Below, piece after piece: positions 48,833-58,468 of a stretch of 64,000 bases of DNA. Below the pieces are notes generated by a model. The model was not told where the DNA came from and ran no database searches. It saw only the letters and a program-made list of their open reading frames with translations. Numbering within the stretch: the stretch's first letter is position 1; each line of letters opens with the position of its first letter. The position numbers and the translations under genes are program-made. The DNA is from Acidobacteriota bacterium (GTDB lineage Bacteria; Acidobacteriota; UBA6911; RPQK01; JAJDTT01): contig CBDCJH010000002.1 of NCBI GenBank assembly GCA_965217775.1, positions 5,504,001 to 5,568,000 on the forward strand, given 5' to 3'.

Positions 48833-51800
48833 TCATCGCACATAGATGAACTCCGGCGCGTTGAACAGGGCGTGAGCCGTATCCTTCCAGACCTGCGCCG
48901 AATGCATCACCGGGGACCGCGCTGCTTCGGATGCCGCTTCCCGCTCGTGGAGTGCGGCGATGTCGTTGACGGCTTCCGACCAGCGGGTCAATTCCTGGGC
49001 TTCCGGGTTCCGGTTGAAGGCTCGCTTGAACATGTAGGCCAGCCTCTCGCGAGGCGATTCATGCGGCGCCGCCACCAGTTCCTGGGCCCAGAATTCGGCC
49101 TGTCCCGCGACGAAGGGGTTGTTCAGCAGGGCCAGGGCCTGTGCCGGAACGTTGGTGACGTCCCGCCTTCCGGTGGGAATCTTGGGTTTCGGCTGGTTGA
49201 AAGTCGCCAGCAATTTGGAGGGCTCCATGACGGTCATCTTCAGATAGATGGAACGGCGTCCATCGCCGTCGAGAGGTCCGGAGAAGAGGCGCTTGGTCGC
49301 ATCTTCCATTTTCCGAAAGGGATTGATGGGTTCGCCGAAGAGGCTCCGGTCCAACCGTCCCGAGACGGCCAGCAAGGAATCGCGAATCGACTCGGCATCC
49401 AGGCGCCGGAGGGGCATGTGATGCCAGAGGCGGTTGGAGGGGTCCGCCTCCACTGCCTGGGCGCTGGCTTGGCCCGACTGCCTGAAGGTCTCGCTCATGA
49501 CCAACGTCCGGACCAGGTGCTTCACGGACCAGCCGTTTCGAACGAAGTCGTCTGCCAGGTAGTCCAGCAGTTGCGGGTGTGTGGGTTGATCTCCCAAGTG
49601 GCCGAAATCGTTGGGCGTGGAGACGATCCCGGTTCCAAACACCCATTGCCAGACCCGGTTGACGAACACGCGGCCGGTCAGCGGGTTCTTGGGGCTGGCC
49701 ACCAGGTTGGCCAACTCCAGCCGGCCGCTACCCTCGGGGCGGCCATTGTCGGCCGCTCTCAGGACCCGAACGTGGCCCCGGGGAACCAGGTCTCCCAGGT
49801 CTTCGTACACTCCCCGGATATTGACTCGGTAGTCTCGACCCGGGTCCAAGTCGACCATGCCGTTGATGGTCTGGGGTTCCAGAAGCCGTTTCTCCACCAT
49901 GCGGTAGGAGGCGACCAGCTCCCGGACCGGCTCCCGGTCCTCCAGGCTGTTCGGCAACAGTTTCCGGTGGAGCATCCAGTTGATCAGGAGAACGTCATCC
50001 TCGTCCGCGCGATCGTTGCTCCAGTCTTCGAGGGAAGCGGTCAGCCATCGCCCATACCGCGTAGCGGCGTCCGTCAGGCTGGATGGAGGATCGCCGGAGA
50101 AGAGGGGCTCGAATCGGGACAACTCGTCCGCCGGCGACTCGACACAATCGAAGATCGCGCCGTAGTTCGTGACCTTGCCTTTCGTGACGAGGTACGCCCG
50201 GGTGATGCCGAACCAGCTCTTCGGGTCGTGCGACCCGCAGTCGTCCTTCTTGATCTCTTCGTCCTTGCATCCGCCCAGCCCGTACCGCGGTGGAAAGTAG
50301 GGGTTGGAGGTCTTGGTCGTGAACTCGAGATAGTTCCGGGTTTCCGCCGCCTCGACGGCTGATTTGGGCCAGGCACTCTTGTCGGCCGCGTTCTGGGTGT
50401 GGCACACCCAATGCAACTCGTCGTTGTCCATGTATCCCCATTCGCGCTCGGTGAGGAAGCCGTTGTCGACCACGAGCCGGCGGGTGCTCAAGTCGCCGCC
50501 GTTCACTTCCAGGCTGACGACCCGGGGACTGGTTGGATCCAGGAAAGGGCTGCGGAGGGCGCCGTTGAGCCGTGGCGAGATGGCGTGGGTGAACAGCCCC
50601 GCCGGAAGCAGCATGTCCACCGCCTCGGTTCCCTCCAGCGCCACCGTGAAGTCGCCGTTGGAGACCGGACCGTCGCGCAGTCCGACCCCATCTACTGACC
50701 AGCCTTCCGGCAATTCCTCCCGGAAATCGGCCAGCAGAGGGAAGTTCCGGGCATTGGTCTGCGAACGCTCCTGATGGGCGGTTCCATATTCCTGGGCCAA
50801 CTCTGACCAGCGGCTGTCGACGCTGCCAAGCTGTTTCGCCGATGCGTGTAGTTGGAGCCAGGGATAGAGAATGTCCTTCAGTGCGGGCTTGTCTTCAGCC
50901 TCCTCCTCTTCGGACTTTTTCTCGGCCGCTTCCCTTTCCTCGGCTTCTTCAGCCTTCTCTTCGCTCTCGGCCGGTTCCTCGACCGGTTCGAACCGGAGCG
51001 CTTTCTCCCAGGCCTGGAGCCGTTCGGGCTTCAAGCCCTGGGCCAGTTGGCCCGCAGCTTCATCCCCGTCGATACGCGCCTGTGCGGCCAGGATATAGGC
51101 CGGAATGTCATGGGACGCCTCCAGCCACCAGTCCGCCAGCGGACGCCGCATTCGCTTCTTGAGGGTCGAGAGTCCTTCGATGACCTGCCTGTTCCGGTCG
51201 GGGAGATCCAGCGTATTGGTCCCCCAGCGCGAACTCATCAAGACGCCGGCCAGCGCGTAATAGTCCTTCTGGGCGACGGCGTCCAGCTTGTGGTCGTGGC
51301 AGCGTGCGCAGGCGACGGTCATGGCCTGAAACGCCTTGGAGAAGGCGTCGATCTTGTCGTCCACCATCTCCTGGTGGATGCCGTTGAAGATCACGCTGTC
51401 CCCGTGACGCTTCTCGCCCATCATGTAGAACATGGGACCGATGAGGGACTCGTTGATCTGCTGGTCGGCATTGATTCTGGGAGGCTCCAGCATGTCACCG
51501 GCGATCTGCTCGCGGATCAGACGGTCGAAAGGCAGGTCGTCGTTGAAGGCGCGGATCAGATAGTCTCGAAATCGCCAAGCGCCCTTGGCCGGGATGTCCC
51601 ACTCGTAGCCGTAGGTGTCGCTGTAACGCACCACGTCCATCCAGTGACGCGCCCAGCGCTCGCCGAAGTGGGGGGATTCGAGCAGGCTCTCCACCAGGTG
51701 TTCATACGCGCCCTCGTCCGGGTCGCTTACAAAGGCCTCGACCTGTTCGGCGGTCGGCGGCAGACCGGTCAGCACCAGACTGAGGCGCCGGACCAAGGTG

Positions 51801-52429
51801 CTCCGTTCCGCCCGGGGAGCTGGCTCCAGCCCATTCTTCTCCAGTTGGGCGAGGATGTGGCGGTCCATGGGGAGATCCGACCAGCCCTCGTTCTCGACCT
51901 GAGGCAGCGGCGGTTGAACCACCGGTTGGAGACTCCACCAGTGGCTCCGCTCCTCGAAGACTTCTTCCCATGAATCGTCCGCCACATACGCGGTTTTGGC
52001 TGCGGGGGGCGCGCCGCGCGGGTCGGGCGCTCCCAGCAGGATCCATTGTTCGAAGTCGTCGATAGCCTCGGACGAGAGTTGAGCTTCCCCCAGGGGCATC
52101 GGGGTTCGAGAGCCATCGTGCCGGATGGCTCGAATCAGGGGACTCTGGTCCGGATCGCCCGGCACCAACGCCGGTCCCGACTGGCCGCCTTCCTGCCATC
52201 CGCCCCGATAATCGAGACGCAGGCCCCCCATGGCCTGGATTTCGCTGTGACAACTCTGACAGTTGTCGACCAGGACGGGACGGATTCGCTTCTCGAAGAA
52301 CTCCAGCTCATCCGGGCTGATTGTCTTCTCGACACTTTCCGCCGTCCCTCCGAGCGCCCAAGCGCAGACCACCGTCAGGGCGGCAACTCGCAAGAAGTGT
52401 TTCGGCATCCCTACTGCGAAGCTATTCAT
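48833..52429 (-). CDS. PSCyt1/DUF1549/DUF1553 (PSD1) cytochrome c protein
   Basis: FFEKRIRPVL..NCQSCH, GERWARHWMD, CARCHDHK, GSGRLELA, RVFVNRVWQ, THPQLLD, PAQALALLN; start uncertain (52408/52429/52459). Confidence 0.9.
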   Translation of the reverse strand: MNSFAVGMPKHFLRVAALTVVCAWALGGTAESVEKTISPDELEFFEKRIRPVLVDNCQSCHSEIQAMGGLRLDYRGGWQEGGQSGPALVPGDPDQSPLIRAIRHDGSRTPMPLGEAQLSSEAIDDFEQWILLGAPDPRGAPPAAKTAYVADDSWEEVFEERSHWWSLQPVVQPPLPQVENEGWSDLPMDRHILAQLEKNGLEPAPRAERSTLVRRLSLVLTGLPPTAEQVEAFVSDPDEGAYEHLVESLLESPHFGERWARHWMDVVRYSDTYGYEWDIPAKGAWRFRDYLIRAFNDDLPFDRLIREQIAGDMLEPPRINADQQINESLIGPMFYMMGEKRHGDSVIFNGIHQEMVDDKIDAFSKAFQAMTVACARCHDHKLDAVAQKDYYALAGVLMSSRWGTNTLDLPDRNRQVIEGLSTLKKRMRRPLADWWLEASHDIPAYILAAQARIDGDEAAGQLAQGLKPERLQAWEKALRFEPVEEPAESEEKAEEAEEREAAEKKSEEEEAEDKPALKDILYPWLQLHASAKQLGSVDSRWSELAQEYGTAHQERSQTNARNFPLLADFREELPEGWSVDGVGLRDGPVSNGDFTVALEGTEAVDMLLPAGLFTHAISPRLNGALRSPFLDPTSPRVVSLEVNGGDLSTRRLVVDNGFLTEREWGYMDNDELHWVCHTQNAADKSAWPKSAVEAAETRNYLEFTTKTSNPYFPPRYGLGGCKDEEIKKDDCGSHDPKSWFGITRAYLVTKGKVTNYGAIFDCVESPADELSRFEPLFSGDPPSSLTDAATRYGRWLTASLEDWSNDRADEDDVLLINWMLHRKLLPNSLEDREPVRELVASYRMVEKRLLEPQTINGMVDLDPGRDYRVNIRGVYEDLGDLVPRGHVRVLRAADNGRPEGSGRLELANLVASPKNPLTGRVFVNRVWQWVFGTGIVSTPNDFGHLGDQPTHPQLLDYLADDFVRNGWSVKHLVRTLVMSETFRQSGQASAQAVEADPSNRLWHHMPLRRLDAESIRDSLLAVSGRLDRSLFGEPINPFRKMEDATKRLFSGPLDGDGRRSIYLKMTVMEPSKLLATFNQPKPKIPTGRRDVTNVPAQALALLNNPFVAGQAEFWAQELVAAPHESPRERLAYMFKRAFNRNPEAQELTRWSEAVNDIAALHEREAASEAARSPVMHSAQVWKDTAHALFNAPEFIYVR

Positions 52430-52469
52430 GGTCGAGGCAGCCCTCCAAGTCACGAGCAACCGTGCCGCT

Positions 52470-53468
52470 TCAGAATACCGCGATTGGATTCATGGGAGAA
52501 CCCGTCCCTCCCTCCACCGGAATGGGGGCCGTGGTCAGGAGAAACTCCCAGCGTTGACGCTCTTCCGCGGCTTGGCTCAACGCCTCCAGGTCGCAACTGT
52601 CGAAGATGTGAACTCCCATCGCGATCAGGACCACCTGGTGGATCGGATGGGTGATCCCTTCCACCAGGGAAGGATGGACGTCGCTGGCGGCTTCACTTCC
52701 CAGCATCGCCACGTCCCGGTCCTTCAGCCATTTGGCGCAGGAGGCGTGGAGGCCGGACGAGGCCTTCGTCACGTCCCAGGGGCCCAGGGCCGCTCGCCGC
52801 GCCCAGCGGCCGGTCCGAATGAACACCACGTCCCCACTCGAAACCTTGAATCCCGCCTTCTTTTCCCAAGCCTCCAGGTCTTCGGGAAAGATGGGAGTCC
52901 CGGGTTCCAAGTAGGGCACTCCCTTCAGTCTCGGTATGTCGAACAGGACCCCGCGGGTGAAGATGCCGTTCTTGAGCTTGTGGATGTCGAGCTGTTGGGC
53001 GCCTTCCGCGGTGACCTCCTCTTGGGCGTAACCGTTGTACATCTTGCCCCGGTAGAACATGTGACAGAGGGCGTCCAGATGGGTATGCGCGTAACCGTGG
53101 AAAGAGACCGAGAGCGTATCGACGGCGTACTGGGCATTCTCGTCGAGTCCGGTCATGGTCATGACGTGCTCATAGGGAGAGGCATTGTCGATGGACTTCT
53201 CCGTGGTCGCATCGCGCGACAGGGACACGGTGAAGCCATCCTTGACCAGCGCGGCGGCCTGCCTCCGCTTTTCCGGAGTAATCAGGTTGAGGGCGCCCAA
53301 CTGATCGTCCGGGCCCCAGCGACCCCAGTTGGAAAGCTCCTCCATCCAGCGATCGACGTCTTCGCTGGTCAGGGGATATCGCGGTTGGGCTTGAGGCTCC
53401 GGAGCAAGGCAGTGGATCAGGACGGGAAGCAATAGCCCCGCAATAAGCAAGACTCGAATCGTCGGCAC
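52470..53468 (-). CDS. Cyclase-family (kynurenine formamidase-like) metallohydrolase with signal peptide
   Basis: NWGRWGPDDQLGALN, HTHLDALCH, RGVLFD, GDVVFIRTG, GGTGSPMNPIA; GTG start at 53468 with AGGGGG RBS. Confidence 0.85.
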   Translation of the reverse strand: MPTIRVLLIAGLLLPVLIHCLAPEPQAQPRYPLTSEDVDRWMEELSNWGRWGPDDQLGALNLITPEKRRQAAALVKDGFTVSLSRDATTEKSIDNASPYEHVMTMTGLDENAQYAVDTLSVSFHGYAHTHLDALCHMFYRGKMYNGYAQEEVTAEGAQQLDIHKLKNGIFTRGVLFDIPRLKGVPYLEPGTPIFPEDLEAWEKKAGFKVSSGDVVFIRTGRWARRAALGPWDVTKASSGLHASCAKWLKDRDVAMLGSEAASDVHPSLVEGITHPIHQVVLIAMGVHIFDSCDLEALSQAAEERQRWEFLLTTAPIPVEGGTGSPMNPIAVF

Positions 53469-53537
53469 GGTGTTCCCCCTGGACTCGGAATCAGATGATG
53501 GACACATTATTACTTCCCCGACCGTCCGGTTCAAACC

Positions 53538-53617
53538 AGGAGGGGGGACATCCTTTTCCCCCATTGGGAAGGGGGACATCCGTGTCCCCCGAATCGGGGG
53601 TTAAAAACCCCCGCTCC
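53538..53617. repeat. GGAG/GGAA-headed REP-like cluster
   Basis: ggaggggggacatccttttccccc, gggaagggggacatccgtgtccccc, and inverted cgggggttaaaaacccccgctcc. Confidence 0.65.
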
Positions 53618-53636
53618 TATTCCATAGCGCTACGGT

Positions 53637-54689
53637 CTACGCCAGCGTATTCGTCCACCCAATCAGAAACATGGAAGCGGACAAAACCAGAATGGAGACC
53701 CCCATCACCGCCATGGACTGCCGTGACGCGCCCGTCCACTCGCCGCTCAACGCCCCCCATACGGTGGCGGCGATGATTGACATGGCGGAAGCCATGGGCC
53801 AGCCGATGACTTCGCGAAGGTCGCCCAGCATGGAACCTCCGATGCCGTAGGTGACGACCCCGCAGATCCACAAGATTCCCATGGCCGCGCCCACGCCGTA
53901 GTGAAATGGCTGCCTCCGGAAAATGTGCCAGCTCCTCCCCTTGACGATCAGGTAGACACAGTAGCCGGCGTTCACCAGGAAACCCGCGGACAAGGCCACG
54001 ACCCAGATGACGTTCGAAGCCATCGAGGGCGAAGTGCCGAGCAGGACGGCCTGATCGGCGAGCTTGATCCCATAGGCAAAGCTCAGGTTCAGCATGGGCG
54101 AGAGTATTCCCGAAAGGGCGGCCACGAGGAGCCCCAAGAGCAGCGGCGCCGCCCTCGTGATTTTCTTCGCCGCCGTCTCGGATCCCTCCGCAGGATCCTG
54201 GAGTCGTCCAGGCGATTCCTCTCTCAACTTCCCCGCCCAGGCGGAGAGCAGGACTCCAACGACGACCAGCAGGACTCCGGCGCAGATCACCATGCCCTTG
54301 ACCGTCAGGAAATCGTCCCAATGGAGCAGAACGAATGGCGCCATGGTGCCGACCGCCGCGGTCAGGCCCATGACGATGGCGTAGCTCAGGGCCAGGCCGA
54401 CCATCTTCAGCGCCAGTCCGTAGAGGACGGACCCCACTCCCCAACCCATGCCGAACAGGAAGACCAGAAGCAGGTCGCGGGTTTCGGCCGCCGCCAGGAC
54501 GGCAAACAGAGACTCGATAGTGAGGAACCCGAGGAGCCAGGGAATCAAGATCATTGCAGTCACGGAGAAGAGAAGCCAGATATGCTCCCATTTCCAACTG
54601 CGCGTGAACTTGAGTCCCAGTCCAAAGGCGGAATTCGCAGTAGAACCCGTCAGGATCACGAGAATGCCGAGGCCGAAACCGGTTTCCAT
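53637..54689 (-). CDS. RhaT-like (L-rhamnose:H+ symporter, DMT superfamily) sugar transporter
   Basis: About 10 hydrophobic segments; WKWEHIW, IPW, GMGWGVG...YGL, LSYAIVMG, SGILS.MLN, GFLVNAGYC, WG.LSGEW. Confidence 0.8.
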   Translation of the reverse strand: METGFGLGILVILTGSTANSAFGLGLKFTRSWKWEHIWLLFSVTAMILIPWLLGFLTIESLFAVLAAAETRDLLLVFLFGMGWGVGSVLYGLALKMVGLALSYAIVMGLTAAVGTMAPFVLLHWDDFLTVKGMVICAGVLLVVVGVLLSAWAGKLREESPGRLQDPAEGSETAAKKITRAAPLLLGLLVAALSGILSPMLNLSFAYGIKLADQAVLLGTSPSMASNVIWVVALSAGFLVNAGYCVYLIVKGRSWHIFRRQPFHYGVGAAMGILWICGVVTYGIGGSMLGDLREVIGWPMASAMSIIAATVWGALSGEWTGASRQSMAVMGVSILVLSASMFLIGWTNTLA

Positions 54690-54811
54690 AGGTAAATCTC
54701 CCGGTCAGAAACTACCTATTCCAGATCACAATTTGAAGGGGCGGGATGGTGGACAATCCAGCCGCCGTTGCCGGATCATGGATGGTCCGGTCGGGTTTGA
54801 ATGGAGGTGAC

Positions 54812-55966
54812 ATGGAGACCATCAAGTTGCCGAAGCTGGCCATCACCATGGAAGAAGGGACCGTCGTGCGATGGCTCAAGCAGGAAGGCGACCCCATCGC
54901 CAAGGGTGAACCCGTGGTCGAGATCGAGACCGAGAAGGCCAATGCCGAGATCGAATCCAACTGCGCCGGCTACCTCAAGAGAATCGCCGTCAAGGAAGGT
55001 GAAGCTGCACCGGTGGAAGTCGTGCTGGCCTATATCGCCAACAACGAAGCGGAATTGAAGGCCCCCTTCGAAGCCGCCGTCCGCGAGCTGAAGCCAAAGG
55101 CCCAGGTAGTTTCCACGAAACCGTCACCCAGGGCCGCGCACCGAACCCCGCAGCGTCCCGCAGCCGGACCGAAAGGCCCGGTGCGCGCCGCTCCGGCGGC
55201 CCGCCGGTTGGCCCGGGAACTGGGCCTGGATCTCGCCTCCATCCCGGGGACCGGTCCCGGGGGACGCATCCTGCCGGCGGACGTTCGCCGGGCGCAGGCC
55301 GCTGCCGCCGAACCGCCGAAAGACCCACTCGATAAACGAAAGCCGATCATTGCCACCCTGACCAAGTCCATCCAGTCGATTCCCCACATCCACATCTCCA
55401 GGGAGCTGCCTGCGGATGGGTTGATCGCCCTGAAGCAACGCACCCGCGACATCACCTACACGGAGATCCTGTTCAAGGCACTGGCGCTGGCGGTCGAGGA
55501 ATTTCCCGCGTTCAAGACTTCACTGGTGGAAGACCGGCTCTTCCAGCCGGAGAAGACCAGGGTGGGGTTCGTCGTCGACGTGGAGGACGCCCTGGTTATC
55601 CCGACCATCGAAGACCCGGCCAACAAGTCGATCCAGGACTTGGCTGCCGAGGTTCGCGGTCTGATCCGCCGGGTCCGGCATGGGACCCTCGATCACGCCG
55701 ACGTGACCGGCGCCACGGTGAGCCTGAGCAATCTTGGAATGCACGAAGTCGACCTCTTCACGGCCGTCATCCCTTACGGCCAAGTCGCCGTGCTCACCAC
55801 CGGCCGCATCCGATATCAGCCAACGATCCAAGAAGGATCGCTCGTGGAAGTCCCGCGGCTCTGGGCGAACCTGACCGTGGACCATCGCCTGATCGACGGC
55901 GTCGCCGCCGCGAAGTTTCTGAAGACGCTGGCCAACCTGCTCCGGGATGGGAGCGTGGGTTTGTAA
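54812..55966 (+). CDS. 2-oxoacid/acetoin dehydrogenase E2 (dihydrolipoamide acyltransferase)
   Basis: Lipoyl domain EIETEKAN, subunit-binding AAPAARRLARELGLDL..IPGTGPGGRI, catalytic SNLG and DHRLIDG; GGAGG RBS. Confidence 0.92.
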   Translation: METIKLPKLAITMEEGTVVRWLKQEGDPIAKGEPVVEIETEKANAEIESNCAGYLKRIAVKEGEAAPVEVVLAYIANNEAELKAPFEAAVRELKPKAQVVSTKPSPRAAHRTPQRPAAGPKGPVRAAPAARRLARELGLDLASIPGTGPGGRILPADVRRAQAAAAEPPKDPLDKRKPIIATLTKSIQSIPHIHISRELPADGLIALKQRTRDITYTEILFKALALAVEEFPAFKTSLVEDRLFQPEKTRVGFVVDVEDALVIPTIEDPANKSIQDLAAEVRGLIRRVRHGTLDHADVTGATVSLSNLGMHEVDLFTAVIPYGQVAVLTTGRIRYQPTIQEGSLVEVPRLWANLTVDHRLIDGVAAAKFLKTLANLLRDGSVGL

Positions 55967-55973
55967 CCTCGAA

Positions 55974-56040
55974 TTGGGGGACAGGGATGTCCCCCTTCCC
56001 AATGGGGGACAAGGATGTCCCCCCTCCATGTCCCCCTCTC
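55974..56040 (-). repeat. REP-like palindromes inside the catabolic operon
   Basis: gggggacagggatgtcccccttccc and gggggacaaggatgtcccccctcc, reverse complements of the 53538 type. Confidence 0.65.
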
Positions 56041-56094
56041 GTATCCTTTACGCCAACTTGGGACGCAAGCTAGAATGACCCGACCTCTGGTCCC

Positions 56095-57300
56095 ATGAGA
56101 CTTTACGAGTTCGAGTCGAAGCAGCTTCTGGCCCGGAGTGGGATCAGGGTTCCCCGATCTCAACTGATCACTTCAGCCTCTTCTTTTTCCCTGTCTGAAG
56201 ACCTCCTGCCCGGAATCGTCAAAGTCCAGACCTTGAGCGGAAAGCGGGCCCTGCGGGGCGGAGTTAAGCCGGTCGACGATGTCGACGCCGTCAGAGACTT
56301 TGCCAAACGATTCCTGAAGCAGGGATTCGGGGACGAACCGGTCAATCGCATTCTCCTGGAAGAACGGATCGACTTCGCAGCGGAATACTTCCTAGGCATC
56401 ACCTACGACAGCCGTGCCAGGAAACCCCTTCTGCTCTTCTCCCGCCATGGCGGCGCGAATATCGAAGAGACCGCCCGGTCGAGTCCGGACCTGGTCAAGA
56501 CCCAGTTGCTACCGCCCGGCGGAGACGTTCGCACCTACCACGCCGTCGAATGGCTTTCCGAGTGGGGTTTTTCCGCAAAGCTGCTGCTGCGTCTGGCGGG
56601 CCTGGTTCGCAAGATGGCCCGCTTGTTTCACCGCTACGACGCTCTGCTCCTGGAGTTCAACCCCCTGGCGAGCACGGCTGCACAGGATCTGGTGGTCCTG
56701 GACTGCCATCTGGACATCGACGACGATGCGCTGAAGCGCCAGTCGCTGGACTTCGAGGGGCTGTCGAACCGGATGGAGGGCGCGCGCCAGCCAACCGAAT
56801 TCGAGCAGCAAGCCCGCGAGATCGACCAACTCGATTACCGCGGCGTCGCCGGCCGGATGATCGAGTTCGAGGGCAATCTGGGACTGCTCATCGGAGGTGG
56901 AGGCGCCAGCCTCACCGCCTTCGACGCGGTGCGAAACTCGGGAGGGACCCCCGCCAACTACTGTGAGATCGGTGGCAACCCGACGGTCAAAAAGGTGCAG
57001 GAATTGACGAAACTTCTGGTCAGCCGGCCGGCCGTCGAAAAGCTGGCCGTGATCATGAACGTGGTCAGCAACACCCGGTCGGACCTGGTGGCCCGGGGTG
57101 TGATCAAGGGGATGGTCGAGGCGGGCAGAGACCCGGAGCAGACAATTGCCGTGTTTCGTCTCCCCGGCGCCGGCGAAGAAGAGTGCAGGAAGATACTCAA
57201 GCACTACGGCATCCCCTTTTGCGGACGGGAAGTGTCCATTGACGAGGCCGCCGCCCTGGCGGTCGCGCGGGCCGGGAACACGGCGGATCAACGCGTCTGA
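56095..57300 (+). CDS. ADP-forming acyl-CoA ligase beta subunit (succinyl-CoA synthetase beta-like, divergent)
   Basis: MRLYEFESK, ATP-grasp VK...G.R...GGVK, EYFLGI, GGANIEE, EFNPL, LD..LDIDDDA; ligase domain IGGGGASL, PANYCEIGGNP. Confidence 0.85.
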   Translation: MRLYEFESKQLLARSGIRVPRSQLITSASSFSLSEDLLPGIVKVQTLSGKRALRGGVKPVDDVDAVRDFAKRFLKQGFGDEPVNRILLEERIDFAAEYFLGITYDSRARKPLLLFSRHGGANIEETARSSPDLVKTQLLPPGGDVRTYHAVEWLSEWGFSAKLLLRLAGLVRKMARLFHRYDALLLEFNPLASTAAQDLVVLDCHLDIDDDALKRQSLDFEGLSNRMEGARQPTEFEQQAREIDQLDYRGVAGRMIEFEGNLGLLIGGGGASLTAFDAVRNSGGTPANYCEIGGNPTVKKVQELTKLLVSRPAVEKLAVIMNVVSNTRSDLVARGVIKGMVEAGRDPEQTIAVFRLPGAGEEECRKILKHYGIPFCGREVSIDEAAALAVARAGNTADQRV

Positions 57301-58211
57301 TGGGAATACTGATCGATCGGAGCACCACGATTCTGGTTCAGGGGATCACCGGGCGTGAAGCCAGTTTCTTCACGCGCGAATCTCTCGATTACGGGGCCCG
57401 GGTCGTGGCCGGAGTGACTCCCGGAAAGGGAGGCCAGGAGGTCTATGGAATCCCCGTCTATGATTGTGTGAAGAACGCCCTTCGCAACCACCGGATCGAC
57501 GCCGGCGTGGTCTCGGTCCCTCCCTTCGCGGTCCGGGACGCTGCCCTGGAAGCCGTCGAAAACGGAATTCCCTTGCTGGTCATCATGACGGAGCGCGTCC
57601 CGCGGCGGGACGTTGCCGCCCTGTTGCACTTTGCTCGAGAGAACGGCACCCGTGTCATCGGTCCCAACAGCTTGGGCCTCATCTCTCCCGGCGAGTCCAA
57701 ACTGGGAGCCGTGGGCGGCAATGTCGAAAACACGCTGCGAACCTTTACCCAGGGACCCGTGGGAGTCATGTCGCGCAGCGGCGGGATGACGAGTGAATTC
57801 GCCAATCTCCTGGGCCAGGAAGGGCTCGGCCAGTCCACTTGCGTCAGCGTCGGAGGGGATCCCCTGATCGGCTCTACTTTTCAGGACCTGTTCCCGTTGT
57901 TCGAGGAAGACAAGCAGACCCGGGCGGTCGCCCTCTTCTGCGAACCCGGCGGGATCATGGAGGAGGAGTTCGCCCGATTCTATGCTGCCCGGACCGATCC
58001 GAAACCGGTGGTGGCCTTCATCGCGGGGAGATTCGCCGACCGGATGCCGGGCACCCGATTCGGCCATGCTGCCGTGATCGTCGAGGGAGACCGCGGCAGC
58101 ACCAGGAAAAAGAGAGCGCTCATGAAGAAAGCCGGGGTCCACGTGGCCGAACGGCTGTCGGATGTCCCGAAAATCATAAGGGGGCTGCTGAGCCATGGGC
58201 ATGTTCATTGA
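57300..58211 (+). CDS. ADP-forming acyl-CoA ligase alpha subunit (succinyl-CoA synthetase alpha-like)
   Basis: VQGITG, GVTPGKGG, IGPNSLG, SRSGG, VGGDP, phospho-His FGHAA; TGATG coupling to the beta gene. Confidence 0.9.
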   Translation: MGILIDRSTTILVQGITGREASFFTRESLDYGARVVAGVTPGKGGQEVYGIPVYDCVKNALRNHRIDAGVVSVPPFAVRDAALEAVENGIPLLVIMTERVPRRDVAALLHFARENGTRVIGPNSLGLISPGESKLGAVGGNVENTLRTFTQGPVGVMSRSGGMTSEFANLLGQEGLGQSTCVSVGGDPLIGSTFQDLFPLFEEDKQTRAVALFCEPGGIMEEEFARFYAARTDPKPVVAFIAGRFADRMPGTRFGHAAVIVEGDRGSTRKKRALMKKAGVHVAERLSDVPKIIRGLLSHGHVH

Positions 58212-58419
58212 GGTCGCGGTTCGGGACCCGGGCTTTCTCAAGACCGGGGAATCCCGCAAGCTGCTGGCGGCCTGCGCCGTGAACATTTTCGAGCCGGCGG
58301 AGGAAGGAGTCGCCGTCAATCGCGATCAGGAAGACGAATGCACGCTGTGCGGCCGCTGCCTCGAGATTGCAGGCGACCGTTTGGAGATCGTGAAGCTCTA
58401 CGAGAAGGCTGAACTATAG
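58195..58419 (+). CDS. Small ferredoxin-like protein (single Fe-S cluster)
   Basis: 74 aa with CAVNIF and CTLCGRC; four Cys in total; overlaps the alpha-subunit stop. Confidence 0.7.
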   Translation: MGMFIEVAVRDPGFLKTGESRKLLAACAVNIFEPAEEGVAVNRDQEDECTLCGRCLEIAGDRLEIVKLYEKAEL

Positions 58420-58468
58420 ACGGGATCTAGGCTTTCTCCCTGCGGAGAGGTAGGGGAGAGGAAAGAGC

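Noticed and set aside
56095-58211. Naming these genes sucC/sucD, and the E1/E2 genes pdhABC or acoABC
   Set aside because: Signature loops and operon context deviate; substrate cannot be assigned from sequence
58432-58465. Imperfect hairpin overlapping the E1beta RBS
   Set aside because: Weak, G-U-dependent pairing in purine/pyrimidine-biased sequence; could be chance
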